DNA from: an uncultured Acidobacteriota bacterium
GTDB taxonomy: Bacteria; Acidobacteriota; UBA6911
Direction: 5' to 3'
Assembly: GCA_963843575.1 (NCBI GenBank)
Contig: CAWJKZ010000014.1
Coordinates: 672,001-736,000, forward strand
DNA length: 64,000 bases
In this document: positions 19,502 through 30,570 of the stretch, in pieces
How positions within the stretch are numbered: position 1 is the first letter of the stretch
How the letters are laid out: the number at the start of each line of letters is the position of its first letter
Notes under the pieces: model-generated
What the model was told of the DNA's origin: nothing
Seen by the model: only the letters and a program-made list of their open reading frames with translations
Databases searched by the model: none
Program-made: the position numbers and the translations under genes

Positions 19502-21419
19502 TTAGTCTTCCAGGTAAGTATAGCTGTCGAGCGTGTTCTGGTAGGCGTCGATCAGCGCGCGCGGCCTGCTCGGCGGTGATCCGCGCCTGCGCTTCCGCGG
19601 ACTGCACCATGGTGCGGAATCCCTCGGTGAGCGAGAGCTCGTCGTAGCCGGCCATGTTCAGCACCTGTCTCAGGGATTCTCCCCGGATGATCTTGTCCAG
19701 ATGCGGCCTTCCGGCGTCGTCGACCAGGATGTGCGCCTCGTTGGCGGTGCCGAGCAGGTTGTGGTTCATGCCGAGGGATTCCTGGTAAGCCCCGATGAGC
19801 GGGATCGCCAGGTAGTAGGGGTCAGAGTTGACCCCGTGGAGTTCGAGCGCTTGCTTGACGTCGCGCAGGTCGACGAACTTGTCGATCTGGCCGTCCGAAT
19901 CGCAGGTGATGTCGCACAGGGTGGCGCGCTCGGTCGGCTCCTCGTTGAGGCGCGTCACCGGGAGGATGGGGAAGAGCTGGTCGAGCGCCCAGGTGTCCGG
20001 GGCGGCCTGGAAAACCGAGAAGTTGCACATGTACTTGCTGGCGAGGATGTTTTCCAGATCCGCGAATTCCTCCGGGCGCTCTTTCATCGATCGGGAAAAC
20101 TTGATGGCCTTGCGGCAGATCTCCCAGAAGAGCCACTCGCCGTGTGCGCGGTTCTGCAGGTTGAGGTAGCCCAGGTTGAAGAGCGACTGCAGTTCTTCCC
20201 GGTGCTGCAGCGCGTCGTGGTAGTACTCCCGGAAGTTTTTCGGGTTGATGTCCTTGTGCAGGTCCATCATCTCGCGCACCACCTCCGAATCCACCTTCGA
20301 AGGGCTGATCTCGGGCCCGCCCAGTCCCGGGTTCAGGGTGCGGATCACGTTCATCACGAACATGGCGTGGTGGGCGGTCACGGCGCGGCCGCTCTCGGTC
20401 ACGATGGTCGGCGGAGGGACGTTTTCCGACAGGCAGATTTCGTTGATGGTGTAGACGATGTCGTTGGCATATTCCTGCATCGTGTAATTGACGCTGAAGT
20501 CCGAGGCGGTCCGGCTCCCGTCGTAGTCGACGCCGAGCCCGCCACCCACGTTGAGGTATTCGATGGGGTACCCCATCTTGTGCACCTTGGCGTAGACGCG
20601 AGCCGCTTCTTTGATGGCGCTCTTGATCCTGCGGATGTCGGTGATCTGGGAGCCGATGTGAAAATGCAGCAGCCGGATCTGGCGCTTCAGCTGGTCGTCC
20701 GCCGCCTGCGCGAGACAGTCCAGCAGCTGGATGGTGTTGATCCCGAACTTGGAGGTCTCGCCCCCCGATTCCTCCCACTTCCCGGCCCCGCGCGAAAACA
20801 CGCGGACCCGCACGCCGATGGTCGGTTTGAGATCGAGGGCTACCGCGACCTCCTGCAGGCGCTTGAGGTCGCTGACCTCCTCGACGACCAGGACGGGGTT
20901 CTTGCCGATCTTGACAGAGTTCATGGCCCACTCGAGGTAACGCCGGTCCTTGACGCCGTTGCAGACCATGAGGGCGTTGGGATGGATCGAGAGGGTCAAG
21001 GCCGCCGCGAGTTCCGCTTTCGTGCCTACTTCCAGTCCGTACTCGTAGCGGTGGCCGGCGGCCATCAGCCGCTCGACCACGCTGCGCCGCTGGTTGACCT
21101 TCATCGGGAAAACGCCGCGGTGCCGCGCCCCGTAGTTGAATTCGGCGATCGAGTTGCGGAACGCCTCGTGGAACTCCTTGATCTGCGTGTCGAGGATCTG
21201 CGGAAACCGGAAGAGAATCGGCGCCGTGACCTTGCGCTGCAGCAGCGTCTGGATGAGCGAAATCACCTCCACGCCCATCAGCGGGTTACGCGTCGGGTGG
21301 ACCGTGAGCGCACCCAGCTCGCTTACCCCGAAATACCCGGCCCCCCAGTTGTCGACGCCGTAGATGCGGTTGGGGATTTCGCTAGGAGAGAGCCGCAGCG
21401 TCTGGGTGAGTTCTTTCAT
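19502..21419 (-). CDS. speA: Biosynthetic arginine decarboxylase
   Basis: YGVDNWGAGYF, VFPMKVNQ (PLP Lys), HFHIGSQI, GGGLGVDYDGS, DITCDSDG; true C-term ..DSYTYLED* at 19502 via one indel. Confidence 0.96.
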
Positions 21420-21603
21420 TGGCGGGCCACCTCGCGTTGGAATGAGCCAAAAAAAATAACAGACACGCCTTGGGAAATCAATGAGATGTGCGGGGAGGGC
21501 GCGACTGACCGGGGAAGGATTTGCGGGTCTGTTCGCCGGGGCCGCAACAGGCGGGCGCCGGGCCGTGTCCCCGGACGGGGCTCGCCGGGGGGGCGCGGGG
21601 GAA

Positions 21604-22167
21604 TCAGCCCTTCACGCGCTCCAGGTATTTTCCGTCGCTCGTGTCGACGCGGATGAGCTCCCCCTCGTTCACAAACGGCGGCACCTGGATCACCATCCCG
21701 GTTTCGAGCGTCGCGGGTTTGTTCACGTTGCTCACGGTGGCGCCGCGCAGTGCCGGCTCGGTCGAAACGACGCGCATCTCTACGGACGTCGGCAGCTCCA
21801 CGCCGATCGGCTTGCCCTCGTAAAACTCGACCTGCAGCTTGATGTTCGCGATCAGGTAAGGGACGGCATCCTCGAGCAGATCGGCCGGGAGGTGGAACTG
21901 CTCGAAACTCTGGGTGTTCATGAAAAAATAGTCCGACCCGTCGGAATAGAGGTACTCCATTTCATGGGTTTCGAGGTAGGCCTGCTCGACGCGGTCCTCC
22001 GAACGGAACCGGTGTTCGATGATCGAGCCGCTCTTGATGGATTTGAGCTTCGTCTGCACCATCCCGCGCCAGTTCCCCGGGGTGATGTGTTGGAAGGAAA
22101 ACACGCGATAGAGCTCGCCGTTGAGCTTGATGGTCATACCACGTTTGATTTGCGTTGCAGCGATCAT
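21604..22167 (-). CDS. efp: Elongation factor P (PGNW tip variant)
   Basis: 187 aa; FQHITPGNWRGMVQTKLKS, YLYSDG, KPATLETG, VPPFV, GKYLER. Confidence 0.96.
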   Translation of the reverse strand: MIAATQIKRGMTIKLNGELYRVFSFQHITPGNWRGMVQTKLKSIKSGSIIEHRFRSEDRVEQAYLETHEMEYLYSDGSDYFFMNTQSFEQFHLPADLLEDAVPYLIANIKLQVEFYEGKPIGVELPTSVEMRVVSTEPALRGATVSNVNKPATLETGMVIQVPPFVNEGELIRVDTSDGKYLERVKG

Positions 22168-22264
22168 GGGAGTAGGCCTCGAGTTGAATCCAGACGCGAA
22201 ATCTTACTCGACCGTCCCCGCACGATCAAGCAGAGGGTGCGACATTCGGGGCGCCGACGGCGGT

Positions 22265-22927
22265 TTACGTGGGCTCTTGTTCGCGCCGCGCCGCGGGAGC
22301 CGACCGGCCCTTGCGGCGCGACCGCAGAGCCTCGATGACGGCCGGCAGGATGGACAGGAAGACCACGACGATGATGATCAGGTGGATGTGCCGGTCGATA
22401 TCGGGTACCGCCGAACCCAGCGAATAGCCGATCAGCACCATGCTCCACACCCAGAGCAAGCCTCCCACGACGTTGTAGGAAACGAAGCGGCGGTAGTTCA
22501 TGCTTGCCGCGCCCGCGACGGCCGGGGCAAACGTCCGGACGATGGGGATGAACCGCGCCAGCACGATGGTTTTCCCCCCGTATTTCTCGTAGAACTGCTG
22601 CGCGCGGACAAGGTGCTGTTTCCGGAAGAAGAACGAGTCCTCGCGGCGGTACAAAGCCTGCCCGGCCTTCCGCCCGATGATATACCCCACCTGGTCGCCC
22701 GCCACGGCGCACAGGGCGACGATCCCAAGCAGTGCAGACAGGCTCAAATGGCCGGCGGCGGCGAAAATCCCCGCCGTGACCAGCAGGGAATCACCGGGCA
22801 GGAAAAAACCGACGAACAACCCGGTTTCGGTGAACACTATGACGCAGACCAGCAGCGTCCCGCCCCATTGGATCAGACCCTGCACATCAGTCAGGTAGTG
22901 GAACGCCTCTCGCAAGAATTCGATCAT
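22265..22927 (-). CDS. DedA family membrane protein
   Basis: FTETGLFVGFFLPGDSLL, GDQVGYIIGR, ARFIPIVRTFAP. Confidence 0.94.
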   Translation of the reverse strand: MIEFLREAFHYLTDVQGLIQWGGTLLVCVIVFTETGLFVGFFLPGDSLLVTAGIFAAAGHLSLSALLGIVALCAVAGDQVGYIIGRKAGQALYRREDSFFFRKQHLVRAQQFYEKYGGKTIVLARFIPIVRTFAPAVAGAASMNYRRFVSYNVVGGLLWVWSMVLIGYSLGSAVPDIDRHIHLIIIVVVFLSILPAVIEALRSRRKGRSAPAARREQEPT

Positions 22928-23004
22928 TCGGTTACCGTCGATGCCGTGCCCGCGCTCATCCGGCGCTGACGGCGGCGAGGAGTTCGGCCTCGGATAAGGA
23001 TGTG

Positions 23005-23298
23005 AGCGGCGCAGTAGGGCCGCACCCGCATGCGGCACCTGACGATTTCGGCCGCCAGCCGCTCGGTCTCCCGCACCACATGGTTTCCGGCGCCCGGCAA
23101 CCCGATATCGGCGGAGTGGACTCCCAGGGACTCGATCCGGTGGAGGATGCGAAGCATCTCTTCGGTGCCGGGCGGCCGCACCGAGGGGGACTGCAGCCCG
23201 TCGCGCAGCGTCTCGTCGGCGAACAGCGCCTCGCGCCGGTCGGGTGCTGCCGACCCGGCGTTCCAGTCGTAGATCAGGCTTTCCGCGGAAGCGACCAT
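23005..23298 (-). pseudogene. Truncated 2-isopropylmalate synthase (LeuA family) N-terminal fragment
   Basis: LIYDWN..DETLRDGLQSPSV..ADIGLPGAG..PYCAA, after which similarity stops (~100 aa). Confidence 0.8.
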
Positions 23299-23382
23299 CG
23301 GGACCCACCACCCGGGCAGGGATGCCCTGCCAATCTCTGAATCATACCTGCCGGGCGGCGGCGGATGAAACCCCAATCATCC

Positions 23383-23940
23383 TCAGAGCTCCAGGATCTC
23401 GGACTCCTTCTTCTTCAGCAGGGAGTCGACCTTGGCGATGAACTCGTTGGTGAGGTCCTGGATTTTCTTGAGCCCCTCCTTCTCGTCGTCTTCGGAAATC
23501 CGCTTATCCTTCAGGTACGCCTTGAGCTGGTCGTTGGCGTCGTGCCGCACCTGGCGCACCGCGACCTTGTGCTGTTCGGCGATGTGGGAGACGGACTTGG
23601 CCAGCTGCTTGCGCCTCTCCTGGGTCAGGGGAGGGATCGGCAGGCGGACGATCTTGCCGTCGTTGGTGGGGGTGAGACCGAGATCAGAGGCTAGGATGGC
23701 CTTTTCGATGTTCGGGATGGTGGAAGGATCCCAGGGTTGGATCACGATCATGCTCGGCTCCGGCGTCGAAAGCGTCGCCATCTGGTGCAAGGGCGTCGGG
23801 GTGCCGTAATAGTTGGCCTGAATGTGGTCCAGTATGCTGACGGACGCTCGACCTGTCCGGATGCTCGAGAGGTTCTGCTGCATGTCCGAGATGCACTTTT
23901 CCATGCGTTTCTTGGCACTGTCGAGTGTTTGTCGAATCAT
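23383..23940 (-). CDS. frr: Ribosome recycling factor
   Basis: IRTGRAS, YYGTPTPL, IQPWD, NDGKIVRLPIPPLTQERRK. Confidence 0.97.
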   Translation of the reverse strand: MIRQTLDSAKKRMEKCISDMQQNLSSIRTGRASVSILDHIQANYYGTPTPLHQMATLSTPEPSMIVIQPWDPSTIPNIEKAILASDLGLTPTNDGKIVRLPIPPLTQERRKQLAKSVSHIAEQHKVAVRQVRHDANDQLKAYLKDKRISEDDEKEGLKKIQDLTNEFIAKVDSLLKKKESEILEL

Positions 23941-23979
23941 AGATTCCGTCTCCTTGGAGCGATAACGGGGGCCGAGAGG

Positions 23980-24711
23980 CTAAGCGCGTATGACGGAGCC
24001 CATCGTGGAACCCAGGACGACATCCCTGATATTTCCTTGCCGGAGCAGGTTGAAAACGATTATGGGGAGGTTGTTCTCCATGCACAGGGTGATGGCGGTC
24101 GTGTCCATCACGCGCAGTCCCTTTTCGAGCACCTGCAGGTAGGTAAGGTCCTTGAGCAGCTTGGCGGATGGGAACAGGGCGGGGTCGGCGTCGTAAATGC
24201 CGTCGACTTTGGTCGCCTTCAGGATGACCTCGGCGCCGATCTCGATGGCGCGCAACGCCGCGGCGGTGTCGGTGGAGAAGTAGGGGTTGCCCGTCCCGGC
24301 GGCGAAGATGACCACACGCCCTTTTTCCAGGTGGCGGATCGCCCGCCGGCGGATGAAGGGTTCGGCCACCTCCTTCATCTCGATGGCGGACTGGACCCGG
24401 GTGAAGACGCCCCGCTTCTCGAGCGCGTTCTGAAGGGCGAGGGCGTTGATGACCGTGGCGAGCATGCCCATGTAGTCGCCGCTCACCCGATCCATGCCCG
24501 CCGCACTCACCGAGATGCCGCGGACGATGTTGCCTCCTCCCACGGTGGCCGCGATCTCGACCCCGATGCCGTGGATTTCCTGGATCTCCTGGGCAATCCG
24601 GTCGGCCATGCGCGGGTCGACACCGAATCCCTGCTGACCCATGAGCGCTTCACCGCTGAGCTTCAGCAGCACCCGCTTGAAGCGCGGCGTAACGACAGCC
24701 GTCGGCTCCAT
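23980..24711 (-). CDS. pyrH: Uridylate kinase
   Basis: [37 protein letters not shown]. Confidence 0.97.
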   Translation of the reverse strand: MEPTAVVTPRFKRVLLKLSGEALMGQQGFGVDPRMADRIAQEIQEIHGIGVEIAATVGGGNIVRGISVSAAGMDRVSGDYMGMLATVINALALQNALEKRGVFTRVQSAIEMKEVAEPFIRRRAIRHLEKGRVVIFAAGTGNPYFSTDTAAALRAIEIGAEVILKATKVDGIYDADPALFPSAKLLKDLTYLQVLEKGLRVMDTTAITLCMENNLPIIVFNLLRQGNIRDVVLGSTMGSVIRA

Positions 24712-24756
24712 TACCCCTCCCGCACAATGAGACCCGGAGCTGAGGACCGGGGAGTG

Positions 24757-25347
24757 TTAATCACCCAGTTTGTAGCGCGTGAACCGGCGCACCTGGATGT
24801 TTTCGCCGATTTTCTGGACATGGGCGGCGATGTGGTCCTTGACGCTGACGTTGGGATCGCGCACGAACGGCTGCTCCAGCAGGCAGGTCTCGGAATAGAA
24901 CTTCGACATCCGCCCCTCGACGATCTTGTCCAGGACGTTGTCGGGCTTGCCGGTGGCACGGGCCTGCTCCTGATAGATCTCGCGTTCCTTGGCCAGCACG
25001 TCCTCTGTCACGTCCTCCTTGCGGATAAAGCGGGGATCGCTCGCGGCGATGTGCATCGCGATGTCCTTGACCAGCGTCTGGAAGTCGGCGTTGCGGGCCA
25101 CGAAATCCGACTCGCAGTTGACCTCGACCATGACGCCGATCTTGCCGTTGTGCACGTAGGAGCCGATCAACCCCTCCTTGGTCTCCCGCCCGGCCTTCTT
25201 GGCCAGCGACGCCAGCCCCTTCTTGCGGAGGATGGTGACGGCGAGCTCGAGGTCTCCCTTGGACTCCTCCAGCGCGCCCTTGCATTCCATGAAACCGACC
25301 CCGGTGATTTCCCGGAGTTTCTTCACTTGATCTGCTGATATGCTCAT
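24757..25347 (-). CDS. tsf: Elongation factor Ts (short, ~196 aa)
   Basis: VKKLREITGVGFMECKGAL, EVNCESDFVA, LLEQPFV. Confidence 0.96.
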   Translation of the reverse strand: MSISADQVKKLREITGVGFMECKGALEESKGDLELAVTILRKKGLASLAKKAGRETKEGLIGSYVHNGKIGVMVEVNCESDFVARNADFQTLVKDIAMHIAASDPRFIRKEDVTEDVLAKEREIYQEQARATGKPDNVLDKIVEGRMSKFYSETCLLEQPFVRDPNVSVKDHIAAHVQKIGENIQVRRFTRYKLGD

Positions 25348-25496
25348 CTCGGCTGAACTCCTGAGGTTGTATCCCGGCTGACGGCAGGGACGCGAAGCGC
25401 TCAACGGCGCACACGGGCGACTCCGATGTGGCCGTGTCGCGGCCCGCGTCAAAACTAAGAGAACGATTTGTTGAAAAGGAGCCGCCGAACGGTCGG

Positions 25497-26528
25497 CTAG
25501 CGACCCGGAGTCTCGGATTCCTCGGCCGGTTCCGGCGCGCTCTCCACAACCTCGGCTGCGAGCCGGGGTGCTTCTTCCTTGGCCGGGGCGAGTTCCGCGC
25601 CGGCTTCCCCGTCGGCCCTGCGGGGCTTGGCCTTGCGCTGCAGCGTTTTGCGGACGGTGGTCCTGGGCCTAGCCTCGCCTTCGGCCGGCGGCGCAGCGGG
25701 TTCGCCCTCTTTCCCCTCTGCGGCGCGACGGGCGGCATCGGCGGCGGCGGCCCTGGCGGCAGCCTCCCGCGCCGCTGCGGCCTGCTGGGCCTGCAGCTGG
25801 CGCTGTTTCTCGGCCTGCTCCGCGAGTTCGCGCTGCTGGGCTTCGATACACCGACCGGCCGTCCAGGTAAGCCTGGGCGATCGTCCCGGTGATCAGGCGA
25901 ATCGCGCGCAGCGCGTCGTCGTTGCCCGGGATGATGTAGTCGATTTCGTCCGGGTCGCAGTTGGTGTCGGCCACGCCGATGATCGGTATGCCAGCTTCCG
26001 GGCCTCCTGGATCGCGATCGCCTCTTTCCTGGTGTCGATCACGAAGAGCGCGTCGGGCAGATTGGCCATGTCCTTGATGCCCGACAGGTTCTTCTCGAGC
26101 TTCTTGCGCTCACGCTCGTAGCGCGCGACCTCTTTCTTGGAGAACAGGTCGTACTGGCCGTTGGTCCGCATCGCCTCCAGTTCGCGGAATCGCTTGAGGC
26201 TCTTCTGGATCGTCACGAAGTTGGTGAGCAGGCCGCCGAGCCAGCGCTGGTTGACGAAGTACATCGCGCAACGGGCTGCCTCTTCCTGGATGACGTCCTG
26301 CGCCTGCCGCTTCGTGCCCAGGAACAGCAGGGTCTTCCCTTGGGCCCCCAGGTCCTGCACGAACTGGACGGCGTTCTTGAACAGCCTCAGACTCTTCTGA
26401 AGATCGATGATATAGATGCCGTTGCGCTCCCCGAAAATGTACTCCTTCATCTTCGGGTTCCAGCGCTTGGTCTGGTGGCCGAAGTGAACTCCCGCCTCCA
26501 GCAACTGCTTCATCGTAATGGAAACCAA
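25497..26528 (-). CDS. rpsB: 30S ribosomal protein S2 with long Ala/Glu-rich C-terminal tail (frameshifted)
   Basis: [37 protein letters not shown]; tail reconstructed to TAG at 25497. Confidence 0.95.
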
Positions 26529-26544
26529 ACAGACCTCCCTCAGG

Positions 26545-26937
26545 TTATCGCTTCGAGAACTGGAATCTCTTGCGAGCTCCCTTTTGACCGTATTTCTTTC
26601 GTTCCTTGATGCGGGAATCGCGCGTCAGCAGTCCCGCTCGCTTTAACCTGGACCGCAACTCCGCGTTGAACTGCAGGAGCGCCCTGGCGATCCCCAGCCG
26701 GATGGCGCCCGCCTGCCCCGACGGACCGCCGCCATCGACGATGGCACGCATGTCGAATTTCCCCACGTTGTCGGTAATAGTAAGAGGATACCGAATGATG
26801 GTGCGCTGGGTTTCGTTGCAGAAGTACTCGCTCAGGTCACGCTTGTTGATCGTCATCTGACCCGATCCCGGGACCAGATAGACGCGGGCGGTCGAGCTCT
26901 TCCTCTTGCCGGTTCCATAAAACAGATCTGTCGCCAA
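26545..26937 (-). CDS. rpsI: 30S ribosomal protein S9
   Basis: [42 protein letters not shown]. Confidence 0.98.
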   Translation of the reverse strand: MATDLFYGTGKRKSSTARVYLVPGSGQMTINKRDLSEYFCNETQRTIIRYPLTITDNVGKFDMRAIVDGGGPSGQAGAIRLGIARALLQFNAELRSRLKRAGLLTRDSRIKERKKYGQKGARKRFQFSKR

Positions 26938-26988
26938 CCTTGAACTCCTTTTACGAGAGGCTCTCGCCGTGAAGGCTCCGCGCAGCCC

Positions 26989-27420
26989 CTACTGGGCCAG
27001 GGCCTCGGGCTGCTGCGCCTGGTGCGGGTGTTCCGGCCCGCGGTAGATCTTCAGTTTCTTCCTCATCGCCCGGCCCAGCTTGGATTTGGGCAGCATCCCG
27101 ACAACGGCCTCGCGTACGAGCTTTTCGGGATTCCTGGCCATCAGGTCGCCCGCGGCAATGGAACGCAGCCCGCCGGGATAGCCGGTGTGGTGGTGATAAA
27201 ACTTGTCGTTGAGTTTATTTCCCGTAAGCCGCACCTTCGCGGCATTGACTATTATGACGTAGTCCCCGGTGTCCAGAAACGGAGTGTAGATCGGTTTGTC
27301 CTTGCCCGTCAGCAGCCGCGCCACGCGCGCCGCCAGCCGCCCCAGGACCTTCCCTTCGGCGTCCACGACGTGCCACTGCTTCTTGATTTCGCCCTCACCG
27401 GGTATATAGCTCTTCATCAT
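26989..27420 (-). CDS. rplM: 50S ribosomal protein L13
   Basis: [46 protein letters not shown]. Confidence 0.98.
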   Translation of the reverse strand: MMKSYIPGEGEIKKQWHVVDAEGKVLGRLAARVARLLTGKDKPIYTPFLDTGDYVIIVNAAKVRLTGNKLNDKFYHHHTGYPGGLRSIAAGDLMARNPEKLVREAVVGMLPKSKLGRAMRKKLKIYRGPEHPHQAQQPEALAQ

Positions 27421-27457
27421 GCCCCCACTGGATAGCCGCAATGCAGAACAAACCTTT

Positions 27458-27486
27458 AGGCTAGCCAAGTACGGTCATCCTGTCAA
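27458..27486 (-). promoter_or_regulatory. Sigma70 promoter of the rplM-rpsI-rpsB-tsf-pyrH-frr operon
   Basis: Minus strand TTGACA-N17-TAGCCT. Confidence 0.65.
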
Positions 27487-27804
27487 GCACTTAAACGCTC
27501 ACGACACCGGGATTTCGCACAGTCGCGGTCACCGGCCCGGGCGCATCGAGGAATTGTACTCCTGAACGGCGCCGCATTCCCGGGTTTCCGTGACCGGCAT
27601 CCTCAATAGCAGCGAAAAAATCGTGAACGTTTGGCCCACCTCCGTACGATAAGGAACCCAGGGACGGCTCAGCACCTGTCGGGACCCTGGTCGAGTTACC
27701 GATTGTTTCTCTTGAGATTGCCGTTCCGGGGCAGACCCGGTTCTAAACAATCATCCCCTCGGAACTCTCGCCCGGTCGGCGATGGTTCAAAGCTTCGATC
27801 CCAC

Positions 27805-28870
27805 ATGGCCATTAACTTTCTAAATCGAAACAGACAGGTCGTCGGTCTTGACCTCGGGTCAAGCACCATCAAAACGGTCGAACTCCGTCCGCTGCGCAAA
27901 GGGGGGTACGAACTCCTGAGTCTGGGGATGGAGGCACTCTCGCCGGACTGCATCGTCGACGGTGTGATCATCTCGAAGTTGCCGGTCTCGGACGCGATCA
28001 ACCGGATTTTCACCCTCCAGTCGGTGAAAAACCGGCGGGTCGCCACCTCCATCTCGGGACACTCCGTGATCGTCAAGAAGATCTCCCTCCCCGTACAGAG
28101 CGACGAGGACCTCGCCGAGTCGATACGCTGGGAAGCCGAGCAGTACATTCCCTTCGACATCTCCGACGTCAATCTCGACTACCAGGTCTTGGGCGAAAGC
28201 TCCACGACGGGCAACCTGGACGTGCTGCTGGTCGCCGTGAAAAAGGAAAAGATCACCGACCACACCAGCGTCATCACGATGGCGGGCAAGAACCCGGTCG
28301 TCGTCGACGTCGACGCCTTCGCCCTGCAGAACGCTTACGAGGCCAACTACGCGCCCACCACCCGCACCTCGGTGGCGCTCCTGGACATCGGCGCGAGCGT
28401 GATGACCATAAACATCGTCGCGGGCACGGACTTTCTGTTCACCCGAGACGTCGGGGTCGGCGGCCGCCAGTACACCGATTTCATCCAGAAGGAATTCAAT
28501 CTGAGCTTCGCGCAGGCGCAGTCGCTGAAACACGGGGAGTCGGTCGAGGGTATCGATCCCTCCGAGGCGCGCCACATCATCGATTCCGTCACCGAAATCC
28601 TCTGCCTCGAGATCCAGAAGACTTTCGACTTCTTCAAGTCCACCACCACCATCGACCACATCGACCGCATGCTGGTCAGCGGCGGAGGGGCGCATACGCC
28701 TGGTCTCATCGAGACGCTGGACCGGAAATTCGAGATCCCGACGGAAAAATTCGACTCGTTCAAAAACATTTCCTACGACCCCCGGCGCTTTCCGGACGAG
28801 ATGATCAGCAGGCCGCTCCCCGGATCTGGCCATCGCCGTAGGCCTCGCGCTCAGGAGCGGGGAGGAATAG
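27805..28870 (+). CDS. pilM: Type IV pilus assembly protein PilM
   Basis: VGLDLGSSTIKTVEL, WEAEQYIPF, VDVDAFALQN, LLDIGAS, VSGGGA; 3' indel. Confidence 0.95.
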
Positions 28871-28877
28871 GGCAGCC

Positions 28878-29448
28878 ATGATCAAAGTCAACCTTCTCCG
28901 CGATCAGACCGACCGCGTCCGCAAGATCACGGTGAAGCCGACCATCTCGGGCATCGGCCTGCTCCTGGCCGTGGTGGCCGTCCTGGCCACCGCGGCCATG
29001 GGCGCCTGGTGGTACACCGTGTCGCCGCCAGATCACCACCCTCACCGCCGAGCGCGACCGGCTCCGCATCGAAAATGACGCGGCTGCAGGCCCTCCGGAA
29101 GGAGATCAACGAGTACGAGAAGGCCAAGCGGCTGCGCGAGAGCCGCATCGAGGTCATCGAGACCCTCAAGGAATTCCAGACGGGCCCCGTGCGCCTGCTC
29201 AACCACGTGCATTCACAGCATCCCGCGCGACTCCAACGTCTGGCTGACCTTGCTCGACCAGACGCGGCGAGCGTGTCCAGATCACCGGCTACGCCCACCA
29301 CAGCCAGTCGATCCCGGACTTCATGAGCAGCCTCGCAACCTCGGGCTACTTCAAATCGGTCGACCTCGAGAACATCGAAGAGGAAAAGGAAGCGGCCAAG
29401 TTCTCCCTGGTCTGCGTTTCGACCGAACGAAAAACCCCTACGGAGTAA
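28878..29448 (+). CDS. pilN: Type IV pilus assembly protein PilN (frameshifted)
   Basis: MIKVNLL motif, TM helix, coiled coil, GPVRLL; position between pilM and pilO. Confidence 0.9.
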
Positions 29449-29451
29449 CGC

Positions 29452-30054
29452 ATGTCGCTGAAAGGCCTCAAACTCGAAAACCTGCCCCGCTCCGCGCAAC
29501 TGCTGATCTTCGCGGGACTCCTGATCTCGCTCATGGCGGTCTTCTACTTCATCTATCTGAGCGACTGGATCAAGGAGCGGGACGCCCTGCATGCGGAGGT
29601 TCAGCAGTTGCAGTCGGCTGTCGCCCAGAGTGCCGCCGTCGAGTCCCAGCTCGAGCGCTTCAAGAAGGAAGTGGCGCAGCTGGAGAACCGTCTGGAACTG
29701 TTGCGCGCCATCCTCCCGGCCCAGAAGGAAACCCCGACCGTGCTCCGCAGCGTGCAGGAGATGGCATCGTCCAGCAACCTGAAAATCAGCAAATTCACTC
29801 CGCAACCGGTCGTGCCCCGCGCGTTTTATTCCGACTGGCCCATCCAGATGCAGGTCGAGGGCTCCTACGATGCGCTCGGCCGGTTCTTTGAAAAAGTCAG
29901 CGAGGCGACCCGGATCATCAATGTCGGGAACATCAGCATAAAAGGGATCGATGGTTCCACGGACTTCAACCGTACCTTGACCGCCACCTGCACCGCCACG
30001 ACCTTCGTGTTCCGGGAAGAACAGGTCGTCGGGGGCAACAGCAGCGGGAATTAA
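29452..30054 (+). CDS. pilO: Type IV pilus assembly protein PilO
   Basis: TM plus coiled coil, ILPAQKETP, FYSDWPIQMQVEGSYDALGRFF, RIINV. Confidence 0.93.
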   Translation: MSLKGLKLENLPRSAQLLIFAGLLISLMAVFYFIYLSDWIKERDALHAEVQQLQSAVAQSAAVESQLERFKKEVAQLENRLELLRAILPAQKETPTVLRSVQEMASSSNLKISKFTPQPVVPRAFYSDWPIQMQVEGSYDALGRFFEKVSEATRIINVGNISIKGIDGSTDFNRTLTATCTATTFVFREEQVVGGNSSGN

Positions 30055-30065
30055 AGTCGAAAGCC

Positions 30066-30561
30066 ATGACCAAGAACCTCTATCGATGGGCTCTGCTCGC
30101 CGCATCGGCCGTCACCTTGGCGCTGCCGGCGCCGGCGTGGTCAGAGAACGCTCCTCAGAAACAGGTCCCGGGGCTCAAGCCGCCCCGTGGAGGCCCAGCT
30201 CGAGGCCGGAGTCCATTACGACTCCACCAATCGCCGGGACCCCTTTCTGAATCCCCTGCGGCTCAAGAAGGCGGCCGAGGATCTCAACGAAGAAGTGGGC
30301 CGCGGGGCACCCCCGCCGGGCATCTCCGGCATGTACATCGCCGAGGTGGTGCTGCTGGGGATTTCCTCGCGCGAGGACGGCCGCACGGCGGTTTTCCGCG
30401 GACCCGACAAACGGGCGTACTTCCTCCAATCGGGGGACAGGTTGTTCGACGGTTATCTCAAAGACATCGGGCCTGATTCCGTTCTGCTGATCCGCGAGAC
30501 CAAGCTGAGATCCGGGAAGGTACTCACCCAGGACGTTCAAAAGAGGCTCAGGACACCATAG
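30066..30561 (+). CDS. pilP: PilP-like protein (frameshifted)
   Basis: Signal peptide, YDSTNRRDPFLNP, LLGI..AYFLQSGDRLFDG; between pilO and pilQ. Confidence 0.82.
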
Positions 30562-30570
30562 GGTTGCCGT

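Noticed and set aside
19701-21656. Long antisense ORFs (also 5730..7244, 23737..25338, 42920..44452, 45789..47462)
   Set aside because: Shadow ORFs opposite well-conserved genes, expected in high-GC DNA; no recognisable motifs.
27594-27612. Sigma54-like site upstream of pilM (CCGGCATCCTCAATAGCA)
   Set aside because: GG-to-GC spacing is 11 rather than 10 nt, and there is no TTGC.
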